Part shown: positions 48,701 through 61,400 of the stretch, piece after piece | How the letters are laid out: the number at the start of each line of letters is the position of its first letter | Numbering within the stretch: the stretch's first letter is position 1 | From: Eukaryota sp. TZLM1-RC | Taxonomy: Eukaryota > Protista > Metamonada: BaSk clade | NCBI GenBank assembly: GCA_040285825.1 | Contig: JAUPSS010000003.1 | Location: 372,001 to 436,000, forward strand | Reading direction: 5' to 3' | Length of the DNA: 64,000 nt | Position numbers and translations under genes: made by a program | The notes under the pieces: generated by a model | Seen by the model: only the letters and a program-made list of their open reading frames with translations | What the model was told of the DNA's origin: nothing | Database searches by the model: none

Positions 48701-51700
48701 GACTCCGTCCTTGCCACTATAATCACCAGTAAGGCGGGGCTTGCGGTGATCTGGGTAGACCACTAGACAGACAGGGGAGCTGAACTCATGGTTCGATGGG
48801 ACAGCAAATCCTGAGTCTACGAGTTCGTCGAAAATTTGGTTAGCGACCTCTAACCTGGCTGGATTCAGGGTCCTGGGGGGTCTTCTAACTCTGACGTCTT
48901 CGTTGTAGAAGTTGATTTCCATGGGAGGGCAATCAATATTTTCAGCATGAGGCTTGAGGGTAAATACGTCTTCGAACTCTTTCAAGGTATGAAGTAGGGA
49001 CTTCTTGAAATGGTCGTTGTCGAGGTTGATGGTACAACCAGATGAGTTGATGTGTTCCAACCAACGTGTGGAAACGTTGACGACTTCTGAAGCTTGCGAT
49101 ATTCGATGGTCGAATTCGGCTTCAGGTAATAGTAATGTGCGACAGGCGTCGTCCATTCTAATATAAATGCCCTTGTTGTTCATCAGCCCAAGGTGACTCA
49201 ACAAGTCAGCACCAATGAGAATGGTCTCATGTCCAGGAACGATGCTGAACTTGTGTTTCACGTGTACAATCTGGGAAACACTGCCTAGTCTAATGCTAAG
49301 GGTTCCAGAAGCAGTACCAAGGGACTGTGAGGTAGATCCATCAGCAATCTTGTATGATATGGTTTCGTTGGAACGTGCCATGTTACAATTACTGATGACG
49401 TCTTCTGTGACTACTGAGCATGTTGCACCGGAGTCAATTATGCCTTTAACTTCGACATTGTTGATCAAGAAGTTTAATTGTAGGCAGTTGGTTGTGGACT
49501 TTATGGATTGTACCATAAATATTGTATCGGAATCATATTCAGCTTGTTCTGAGAAGAAATTAGCTTGAATGTTATGCGTCTTGGTATGTTCCAAGTTTGC
49601 CAAAGGATTGATTAGGGAATCTTTCCATGTTGTGTTTTCTGTGTGGGAATGTGTTGTAGTTGTAGGGGGTATGGTTTCAAAACAGTGTAAATAGTGACGG
49701 GAACGTTTATTATATGATGAAGAGCCCTTGCCTCTGCCGCGAGTGCCTCTTCGGCTACGGAAACCAGAACCTCTAGAACCTCTGCCTCGAGCTTTGTGTT
49801 GAGCTTGTTGCTCTCTCCACTTTTTGCTTCTTTGGCAGTCCTCACTAGGGCACCTTTCAGTCGGATGACCCATTTGTTTACAGAAATTGCATTGGACGTT
49901 GACATCAGACTGAGTGGAAGACGGTTGAGTAGAGCTTCCTTCTCGTCGTTGTTGTTTTGGGCGCCTGCCAGAGCTGGAACCTCTTGTTTTGGGGATAGCA
50001 GGGGAGAAGGTACCGTCTGTCTGCGACGGTTCTCAGTCTGGAACGAGATTCTATTTTGATACAAGAAGTCCACGTGATTGATCTGCTCCTTAAAAGATCT
50101 AGCATTACAAAAGTTTTCGTATTCTATTTGGAGAACACTGAAAAATTCTCCTAGGGTGTGGCCATCTGAGTAATAATGGGAGGGATTGGACCAGATCCTG
50201 AGGAGTCTGTCCCTGATGATGGTAATACCGATGCTTTCAATAACGTGAGAGGCAATTTCCCATTCAGGAAGTCGGTCGACGGGGTTTCCGTGGATGGTGA
50301 TGTGTCTCATTTGTTGAGTCAGACCACGAACGTCTTGGATAGCGGTGGAACGCGTTAAGACTCTGCCTATGTTAAGCATGAAGTCTATCCATCTGTTACC
50401 ATAATCTCTCTCAGACCAATCCATGTGTACAGCATGAAGTGCGTCCAGGGCTTGGTCCAGTCTACTGAATTGGGTTCTCCTTAGGATCTGTTCCCAAATT
50501 TTGCGTTCGTCTCTGCTGGTTGGGACCATGGCGGAGGAAATTGAAAGGCCAGTGCCTTGATACCTTAAAGCGTTGAGAGCTTCAGGTGTAACGCATTCAG
50601 CTAAGCCTCTGGGACTAATGCGCATGGCAGATCTGAAGAGATCCCATTCATGAATTGGTTCACTGTCGAACCGTTGATCAGATGCCAGTTCTGCTGATCT
50701 AGCTAGTTCAAGTTCTTCGCGAAGTCTAGCAACTTCGCTGGCTAAAGCAACTTGGGCAGGATCCTCGATGTTGCCTCTAGCCTCGTCTACAATTCTGTCC
50801 GTACGACTCCAGAGGATAAACTTGTTAACAAACTTGAGGAGTTTATCAACGTCTCTCAGATCAGTCGCGTCGAGAGTTGGACGTTTAGGGCGGTCTCTGC
50901 GTCTGTTGTCTCTATCTCTTGATCCCACCATGGAAGATAGGAGAAGGTTACTATCGTAAGTACCTGAGAAAGTAGAACGTGAAGAACTAACCGTAGAAAG
51001 TGTTGGTTGAGCCGTGTGTTGTGAACTTGTTGAACCAGTGGAAGGAGGTGTGGGTGGAACCACTGATTGTTCCATAGGCTGTGTAGGTGCTGGAGTTTGT
51101 TCCATTGGTGCTAGCACAGTTGGAATTGAGTCTGGACTTGGGGACTCATCACTGACTTCTACTACAACATCCCCTTCAGTTTGTTCCATGGGAGGATTAT
51201 GCGAGGATTCTGTAGAAGTTTCCATAGGTTGATCTGTGGAAGGTGGAACTTCGCGTTGGTGAGGTTCAGGAGAAAGTTCTATCTCTTCAATCTGGGCTGG
51301 AACCTGGTAAGAAGAGATCGCTGGTTGAACCAAGCGTGTTTTCTCTATACGACCTTCTACCATTACCCACTTTAACATCCTGGATTCTATGCATCCAGGG
51401 AAAACGGTGACGAGCTGGAGGGCTCTTTGAAGATTGCCTGATCTTCTGTGGTCGGGACCACAATATGACGCTATATGATCAGGACGTCTATCATATAGAA
51501 AGAGTCTTTCACCATATGTGGTTTCGGTAAACCACCACCCTGTTCTATAATCTCTGTCGATAAGGATATCGAGAGATGCGTTGTACCCAGGGCTGAACCT
51601 AGGGTATGGGCAAGGGTTGTGAACGTTTATGAAGAGGTTGTCTTCATCTCCAGCGAAGCGTCTGAATACTCCTTCTCGAGTAGTTCTCATGAACCTAACT

Positions 51701-53128
51701 CCGGGTCTTGGTTCATAAGTTGGTTCAGGGTCATTCCTGGAGGTTTCTGGGGTGATCCTTTCATCGGAAAGAAATGGACCAATTCTGGGAGAGATCCATA
51801 ATCCTAAGTCGTTCTCGACTTTGGGACCGTAGAAAGGAGGCCGTTTGTTGCTCATCTCCGTGGGAGGGATGGCTTCTGGATCCCCTGGAATGACTCGTGT
51901 GTCCCTATATCTAGCATAAGGGTTGTGCTGACGGGAAGCACCATGATTGACACTTGAGCTAGCGTAGGAGCTAGTTTGAGAAGGGGTAAGTTGAGCAGGT
52001 GTAGAGGATGTTCCTCTTCTAGCTTCAATCTCTCTGTCCAATCTTTTTCTGTGTTCCCAGTTTCGTTCTTCTTGGAGAAAACGCTCTATATATTCTTTAG
52101 AGACCTCACCAGGAATTTTGTCAATTTCAGAAGAAGGTGCCGTGGGAGGGACCTGATGTTGAGGTAGAGGGAGAATTCCTTGGGAGGTTCTCGTACTCAA
52201 CCAAATCTGAAAAGATTTGTTCGTACCTTTTCCTTTGCTCTTCGGAAAGATACGAAGGAAGGTTCGAAAAAGCTAGGAATGGAATCACTAGCCTGGTGAG
52301 GGGAAACAGATAGATTATTAACTCCACTAACTGTTGAAGTCAGAGGAGATCCTGAAGCTGGAACAGCAGGATTTTTGAATGTTCCTCCCAACAGTTGGAA
52401 CTGGAGGGAGGAGCTGTTGAGAATGAGAGGGTGGAACCTCAGAACTAGATGAAAGGGATGAAGATGGTACTTCAATGGCCTTTGTAGAGGAGGAAGAGGG
52501 TTGATCTTCTAATCCTTCCTTTGACGCGAGAGAAGGTTGAACAGTCTCTCTGTTCTGAGTAGAAGGTGAAGGTGGTACTTCAGAACTTCTTTCAGGGAGG
52601 GGAGAAGGTGGGACTTCAGACGCCCTTAAATGTGAAGGAGGAAGAGGAGCAACGGAATCCTCAGCATCTTCATAGTCGTAGAACACTAATGAAGGGCTTC
52701 TTGCTTCCGAAGGAATAGAATCCTTAGGAGGGTTGTCTCCTTCCACAGGAACGGAATCCAGAGGAGGGGAACTTTCTTCCATTGGAACGGAATCCTCAGG
52801 AAGGGAACTATTTTCCTTTATGGTGGAACCCTCAGGAAGAGTTGCTTCAGGAAGCGCAGAAGCTTCAACCGAAGAAGGAGGCACGGAAGCAGGGTCTGTG
52901 GTTAGTGGTGAGGAAGAGGGACCAGTCTCTTCCTCAAGGATCCTACGCTGAGCCGGGGACGACCCAATACGTATTGATGGTCTTGGCTGTTGGTTATTGT
53001 CTGACATACAATGTAGAGTAACAGAAGTGTAATTTATTACGAAGAGGAATTGTATTCTCTCTTCTTAAGCTAACAGGCGGAATACTAATAACTAAACTAT
53101 TAACTATAAATACTATTCAAGACTAACA
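45720..53128 (-). mobile_element. Full-length Ty3/Gypsy element B1, 7.4 kb, with 154-bp LTRs (45720-45873, 52975-53128) and 4-bp TSD GCTC
   Basis: LTRs TG..CA, identical by eye. GCTC at 45716-45719 and 53129-53132 (empty site TTACCAGCTCCGGG at 40421). Order gag-CCHC, PR (IDSGAT), RT (YIDD), RH (CDASD), IN (HHCC, DDE), chromodomain-like IEKVL..CQVQWPG. Confidence 0.96.
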
Positions 53129-53521
53129 GCTCCGGGCAAGCGAGTATTGATAAGTACTGACGCATCAGATGTAGCAGTAGGAGGTGTTATTTGGCAAGAA
53201 ATTGAACCATACTCTCCTGCAGGAACCCCGCTGAATAAAAGGAAAGAGAAACCTTTGTCGTTCTATAGTAGATTACTTACAGAAACACAAAGAAAATGGT
53301 CCACTTTACAAAAAGAATTATACGCAATACTTCTGATTTTAACTGAAAGTTGTTTAGAAAGCTACCTTTTGACTAGACATCTAACAATTTTCACTGATCA
53401 CACAAATATTGCATTCCTGGCCACAGCCCCAGAGAAAAACAGAATTGTAAAGAGATGGCTGCCGATACTATCTGAATTCGACTTTGATATAGTCCATGAT
53501 CCAGGTGAAGATAACCACTGG
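53129..53521 (+). mobile_element. RNase H segment of element A after the B insertion
   Basis: Differs from 40427-40819 only in the first ~25 bp; ends at the same EDNHW| junction. Confidence 0.9.
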
Positions 53522-56500
53522 TGTTGGCGCCCTAAGGCTTATATAATATGATTAGAAAATAAATCAACTTTTCCTCATTGACTTTTCTTTACTACAATAG
53601 ACTTTAGGCAACAATAATTATTGGCCATTTTAAAGTCAAAAGGTATACCATAACTTCAGCATTAGCGAACATCTTCAGACACTTTACAGCATGTCAGACA
53701 TCTCCCAACCAGATATCTCTGACTCTAATCCACCACTTAATATGCAGCAGGTACCAGCATCACATACACATGATATAGAGGGCAACGAGGCAACGGACCC
53801 GGATCCCACCTCCCCCTCCCTTAATGTAGAAAAAGATGAAAGAGTGGACGAGGTCCCTCCATCTACAACAACAGAAGAGGTAACGAGAAAGGACCCGGCT
53901 CCCTCTCCCCTCAGGAAAAAAGTAACAGATGAGGTTACGAGAACGGACCCGGCTCCCTCTCCCCTCAGGAAAAAAGTAACAGATGAGGTTACGAGAACGG
54001 ACCCGGCTCCCTCTCCCCTCAAAGCAATGGAAGAGGCAACGAGAACCGACCCGGCTCCCTCTCCCCTCCCAATTCTAGAACCTGTCTCAAAGGGAACGGA
54101 TGGAGATCCCACCTTAGACACCTCTTCCCCATTAGGAGAATATGAAGAAATTCAATCTCAACTAGATGAAATGGAGGGAGAAGACGACTCTTCTGAGGGG
54201 TTCTACAAGTTATTAAGAGAGGACGCGGAGGCTTACCTCGAACCAACAGATTTCTGTCTGTTCGAGCAACTTCCCCCTTTATGGAGTCACGTTCAAAAAA
54301 GAGGCAGAAACGTTGGTTTCCAGACCCTCGGAATGATTGGGGATACCCAAAAGGTATTGGAAATTCCCCTCAATGAAAGGAATGAACTCATAAAGGCACT
54401 CGATAAATTGAGTAGAGAGACATTCGGGCGTAACGCAGAACGCCGCCCCAGAATCTCTGGAATGGACAAGAGAATCAATGAATTGATGTCTCTTCCCATC
54501 AAAGATAGATTGGATTGGAAGGCCTCCTTCCTAGATCAATACGGCAGGAGAATAAGGTTTCTCTCCATCGAACAGAGAAGTAGGACCGACTCGGAAGACA
54601 TCCTACAATCCAAATTGCCTGCCTGGTTTGATCCTAACTTTGATACGGAAATCCATAATTACACGGAGCTGACAGAGGGTGCTCCCACATATTTTAGGGA
54701 ATTTATGGAGCAGGAGGATAGTAGTGAACAAGACAAGCTTGAACCAGTAACCCCCTGGTTTGATGCAGACGCTCTAAATAACATTCATACGGAACGATCA
54801 GCTGTATCCACGTATAGGAGCCGTCCTAACAACTACACCCAACAACATGGTAACTCGTTCACAAAACAACGAGAGTTTAGACAATGGGTAACGGGAGATC
54901 CATCCACATCTCTCCACCTTCCCAAACTGCCTGTTGTAGCCCCTATAATTTCTGAAAAAGCCAACCAATACAGGTCTGCTCTATCGACAGCATACCCGAT
55001 CATGTTCCAACAGTGAACGTCCCGGAACCTGTAACAAGACAAGACGTTGCACCTCAGGAAGAACCAACTTCCTCTCAACCCATGGAAAGTGAAATTGGAG
55101 AAGACATTGAGTTGATCGGGCCAGTCGTTGGAGAAACGGCTCCTCCTCAACCCTCAGTAAGAGACTCTTCTTCCGATAGACCTATGCGTATTGAGGACCT
55201 ACAATCCTCAAGAAGAGCTATTGACATGAGCATAGCTAGTAGCCTTCATAGACAGATTGATCCACGGTCTAAGGATATCGACTATAAAAGACCTCGATTA
55301 TCCGCTGATGACCCTATTAACAAAATGTCTATCATAGCTTTTCTTTTAAAAATATCAAACTTGGGATAAATACGGGCGAAAGATAGCTAATAGAAGCTTC
55401 GAAGCCCCAGGTCAATCAGATTGGACCAGAGCCTTTATGATAGCTACCCAGCCATTTGGAGAAGGCCAAGCAGAAATAACCCAAGATAGGATTAAAGATC
55501 TCCCCAAACATATACGCGACGAGATCACCAGGGATACAACACAGCCTTTGGTAAGGATTGATCCAGCTATAACAGATAAGCTCGGACCCCCAATCCACCA
55601 TTATGATTTATTTAGGAGCATGATGATGAGCACTTGCCCCACAGGAATATCCAGCATGATCGACCCTAGCCTTCTATCTAGATGGCAGAGTCAAGGTTTA
55701 CTCGGTGTTGATTATACCGACGCCGACGTCATGGTATTTCTGTTAAAAAGAACGCAATTCACATCATATCATGAGGCTTGTACAGCTCTAATGAAGCCTA
55801 GAATAAATTGGAGGAAAATCCACAATAGGCATGAGGCTGACAACGAGTTTGGTCGTTATGTAGAAGATTTTGGAGACGTCTTGAGAATGACCACCTACAT
55901 GACCGACCTAACCATCCCCGATTTAATTAGAGGAAGCAGTGGGTTGATAACCATATCTTCCGCTCTAATAGCCGAGTACTTCCTTATGGGTCTGGATAAC
56001 TTTGCTATATCAAGCGAACTCCTCCCAGTATGGACTAGGGAATCCTTGTGGGACTCACCGAACAGAACAACTCTACTCGATTTGATATCGACAACGAGAA
56101 GACATTTCCTCGCTTGGTGTTACACAGCAGGAAACAAGCCCACAATGGATGTACTAAGGAACAGGGCTAACGAAGAAGATATTCCTTTGGGACTCACGGC
56201 AATGAGAACTTACTCAAGAGGAGTAACACCATCAGCCCAGGCTCCAACAAAAACGAGCAAGACGATCAGGTGGAAAGTCAAGAGGAACCCCTCAACACAA
56301 ATACATCCCTGAAAAAGCATGAACGAGAAGGATCAAAATTCTGTACATTCTGCAGCAACGTCGAAGGTAACAATCCTGTTGGCCACACTGTATTCGAATG
56401 CAAAGATCCTCGTTGCGCTAGAAGCAGAGTTCCCAAAGAAGAAAGATTCAGATTAGGAGAACAGGAGGCGCCTGCTAGTAGAGGCAGTGTAGAAAGGGGC

Positions 56501-58427
56501 CGAGGTGGCCGTGGTAGACGTGTACATAGATTCAAATTTAGAGGCCGTGGAGGCCGTTATAGAGGTCATAAAGGAAGAGGTCAGTACAGACCTATACATA
56601 ACATAAAACACAACAGAAAACATATCATCAAACGCATCCCCTACTGAGTCAAAACCGACCCGTTCGAGTACGGTTCCTCACAGACGGATCAACAACAGCA
56701 ACCGGAACAGCAGGACAGGCAACTTTCCTAATCGGGTACATATCAACGCAATTAATCACAACCAATCAACAACCGATTTAGGAAACCCAGTCAACAACTT
56801 TCCAACAGCTCAACAAAATCTTTTAATTCCTCTACAAATTCACCAAACCAGCTCTGATATCAATAGCATTTTTGATATTAATTCTACGGTTAGTGAAAAC
56901 CACGTCAGGTCCCAGCGTTCTCCATTTCTAAGACTGGAGATATCAATAAATGATATTAAAATGATTGCGACTATAGATTCGGCTGCGTTTTTGTTCAGTT
57001 ATTACTGCAGATTTAGCTGAACAATGCCATATGTCAATCAATAGCAAGGATACTATTAAGTTCTTACCAGCTAATAACGTATCCACAAAATCGCTAGGGA
57101 GTGCAACTGGTATTCTGTCGTTCAACGTAGGAAGCACTGCGCAACAAGTTCACTATAAACATACTCTTCCCATAATCCCGGGTTCGAACAAATTATTAAT
57201 AGGGACAGACATGTTAAAAGCACTTGGGCTTCAGACGGATGATGGTCTTTTCATTAGATTAGACAAAGAACATCGCACTTTGCTAAATGCAGAATCAGAA
57301 TTCGACTCTAGGATCGCTCAACATTCGATTGGGAACTTAGATAACCAATCACCAAGTCCTTCTGATTTTTGAGGAGCAATTAGCAAGATCTGGATGTGAG
57401 ATAAATTTAGATGATAGTAATAATAAATTAAAATTAACGAGTCTACTAAAATTATTCAGCGATGTTTTTAGTGAAACTCCTAATAGAAAAAGGAATCGAT
57501 TGTAATCCTCTAATAATCCCCTTTAGAGATGAGAATGCTATAGTACATAAACCTGCTAGACGGTTAAATCCCAGCAAAATGGAAATAGCAAACAAAATAT
57601 TTGATGAACTGATCAAAATGGGCTATGCAGTTGAATCTAATTATAAATTCAGCTCTCCTATTGTCTTAGTTATATACCCTGACGGCAAAAACCCAGGTTA
57701 ACTGGAGACTTTAGTGGTAAAGATGGAGTTAATGCCCATACGATTTCAGTAGAGCCTAATCTACCTAGGATTAGTGATATATTAGAATTTTTGAGTAAAG
57801 CAAATTACATCGCCACGCTTGATTTACCAAAAGCTTTCTGGCAGATGAATGTTGCTGAGAAGGATATTGAGAAAACATCAATCTCAATCCCTGGAAGATC
57901 AATTATGTTTAAAAGAGCTTGCTTCGGATTAAAGAACATCCCAGCAGTTTTTCAAAATGTAATGATGGAAATATTCCAAATTGATGGCGTTTTTATATAT
58001 ATTGATGATATCATAATAGTTGGAACGACTTTCGAAGAATTCTATTAGAGATTACAAAGAGTCCTCCAATGCGCCAGAAATAGACGTGTAAATATAGGCT
58101 TACGTAAATGTAAATTCGTAACATCAAAACACCCTATCGACATTTTAGGAAGTACCTTCCAGGATAAAACTAGATTTATAAGTAAGAAAAAAATCGAAGC
58201 CTTGATGAGAATCCCTAGACCAAAAACAGTGAAAGAAGTTCGCTCATTGGTAGGATCCATCAATTATATTAGAGATTGGCTTCCAAGTACTTCTGAATTA
58301 ATTGCTCCAATTAACGAGCTAATTAAAGGAAAACCCAGAATAATTAGATGGACTTGCAAGCATGACGATTACTTAAAACAAATAAAAGACCTAATAGTAA
58401 ACCACATGCCCCTTGAATTACCAGCTC
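53522..58427 (+). mobile_element. Element A3: duplicate of 40820-45719
   Basis: Offset 12702 bp; differences are mostly single-base homopolymer indels, plus substitutions around 57990-58400. Confidence 0.93.
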
Positions 58428-61400
58428 TGATGGTCTTGGCTGTTGGTTATTGTCTGACATACAATGTAGAGTAACAGAAGTGTAATTTATTACGAAGAGG
58501 AATTGTATTCTCTCTTCTTAAGCTAACAGGCGGAATACTAATAACTAAACTATTAACTATAAATACTATTCAAGACTAACACTGCCTTTTCCTCTCTTTC
58601 GAGCGACGAGCCCTGGAAGCTCTAGTCACAGGAGGTGAACTAATAGAATTATGACGCTTCTTGGGAGGAGCGGATTTAGTATGGCGACGTGCTTTTGAAG
58701 TCTTGATGAAGTCTTTATACGCGGCAGTATTTTTGGACTGTAGACACATGCTCAGTGGTGATCTCTTTACCTGGCCATTGCACTTGGCAAAAGTCACCTT
58801 CCTGGCTGAGCACTTTTTCAATGATGTGTTCTTCGACATCACCTGCAGCGACCCAGGAGTGGAACTCATCGTTGGTGGGCAAGCTGGAGTGCCAGGGAGC
58901 TAAGTGTTTGACGCTAGCTTGGACAATCGTACCTGTGCAGAGATTCTTAATATTCACAGACGAATTGGATACGATTTCAGTAATTAGGAAGGGTCCTAAT
59001 GAAGTCTAACTAAGGTCTCCATGAAGCTTAGCGGAAGAGCCAGATGCTCTCAATACCAATTGACCAACTTCAAAAGGGTTTGGAGTTGACGATCTAGCTA
59101 GCTTGGAAGCTTTGGAAGCTTGATGATGTGCTGCCTTTTTCTTGTTTCTCTTCAATCTTCGAAATTTAGATTGAATTTCTTGAATAAAAGATGACTCAGA
59201 CGTCGAGCTTTCAATGATTTCAAGAATTTTGCCAGGGTCAGATCTGGGAGACACATCAGAGCCAAAGATCACTTGGTATGGAGTGTGGTTGGTTATTGAG
59301 CTCTTGGAAGAGTTGATCAATAATTGCACATAAGGCAAGTATTCAGACCACACATCGTAGGCATTGAAGTCTACGAGCAATTTCCGTAGGTTTTGCAGGA
59401 TGTCTCTGTGTCGGCGCTCTACCAGGCCGTTGGACTGAGAAAACCTAGGTATTGACTTTGACACCTCTATGCCCAAAAAAATTTGCTTAATTCGTCAAAG
59501 ACAGCCTTGGAAAAATTCGGGTCCATTATCGCTGTGGATTTGAAATGGAATACCAAAGATGGCACAGACTTTCCAAATTAATGCATCTGCAGTAAGATTG
59601 GCATTTATCTCTTTTAAAGGCACGATGATCGTGAACCTAGAGAAGCTGTCGATAAATACGAGGATGTATTTGTAGCCTTCTTGATCTTCTGGAAGAGGAC
59701 CAATGACGTCGGCGTTGACGCGAGCAAAAAGGTCTGTCAGCCCACAATGAACCGGTTGGGGAACATGCAGTTTGGGAACTGGCTTTGTTTTCTGACAGGA
59801 GGGCATTCTTGGACGTGCTTATTCATGTCGGTGAGCATGTTTGGCCACCAATAATCGCTGTTCCTGAGCTTGTTCAGGCTTTCAGCTTTGCTTGGATGAC
59901 CTCCTTGCAGAAGTCCATGCAACAGGTTAAGGGTGTCCTTAATGAGTGATTTGGGAATCACTATCTTGTTGTCGTGAGTCATATATAAATCAAGATGATT
60001 GTTATGAACACAGTTGTTGAAAGAGGGGTCTTTGGAAGCTATGGCAAGCTTCTGTTCGGACCTAATCCTACAGAGCCATGGCTCGAAAATAGGCAGGTCG
60101 TTGGAACATCGTTCTCTGATGACCATGATACGTTCGAAGTTGTTTAGGTCTTCGATGTAGTATCTTTCATTTTCTGTTCCATCAATTTTATCAATGTAAA
60201 ATATTGGATGAAAATTTGGAGGCATTTGATGGGACAAATGATTGATCTCTTGATGGTCTATAGGTGGAACTATTCGAGACAACATATCAGCCCAGAAGTT
60301 ATCTTCCCCTTTGGTATGTACCAAGTCAAAGCAGAATTCAGAGAATATGGGTAACCATCTTGTTACAATTCTGTTCTTCTCAGGAGCCGTGAACATGTAG
60401 GTAAGGTTTTGATGGTCTGTGAATATGACCAGTTTCCTTCCTTTTTAAGTAGTTTTCAAAACCACTTTGAGTTAACATGAGTAGGATAGCGTAGAGTTCC
60501 TTTTTGGTTAGTCGGCCAGTTCTTTTTGCGAGTTGGTTAACAACCGGCTGAAGAAGCTGATAGGCCTACATTTCCCTATTGATCAGGGGGTACCGGGGTC
60601 GTCGACTTGTTCGATTTGTTCCCATATGACGCCGCCTACAGCAATGTCGGATGCATCGCAACTAATTAAAATTTGGTTTTCCTGCGGAGGTAAGCTGAGC
60701 GGCATGTGTTTCGCTATCAGTTGTTTGATCTTTCGAAGGAGTCCATCGTGCATGTCGGTCCATTGAAGGCGTTGCGCGCGGGGTTTGGGTTTAACGTTGG
60801 AGTTAGTTCCATCCTTCTTAGTCAATCTGATGATAGGAGCGATGAGCTCAGATACCTGAGGAAGCCATTCTCTAATGAAGTTGACTGATCCTACGAGGCT
60901 GCGGACGTCTTTGATTGTCTTTGGTCTAGGTAGATTCAGCAAAGATTCAACGCGAGTGGGATCGATAGTCCGTTGCTTGTTTTGGGAAAACACTGCCCAG
61001 TATCTTGATTGGGTGTCTGGAAGACACGAAATGGCACTTTGGAAGTCCCAAGGAAACTCTTTTTGCATCTGGCTTGATCAAGGACGCGACGGAGGCGTTC
61101 AATGAATTCGTCAAAGGTTGAACCTATGATTATGATGTCATCTATGTAAATGAAGACACCGTCTCCAGAGAAGATGTCAGCCATGACGTTTTGGAAAACG
61201 GCTGGGACATTCTTTAGGCCAAAAAGCTGCACGTTTGAACATGATACTTTTTGCCAGGAATGCTCAGGGCTGTTTTCTGCCAATCCTTTTCAGCAATCTT
61301 GAGTTGCCAGAAGGCTTTGGGGAGGTCAAGGGTGCCTATGTAGTTCGCTTGGGAGAGAAATACCAGCACGTCGGAGATCCTTGGAAGGTTGGGCTCAACA

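Noticed and set aside
49612-50010. Programmed gag-pol frameshift in element B
   Set aside because: The duplicate copy reads through in frame with one more G in the run, so an indel error is more likely.
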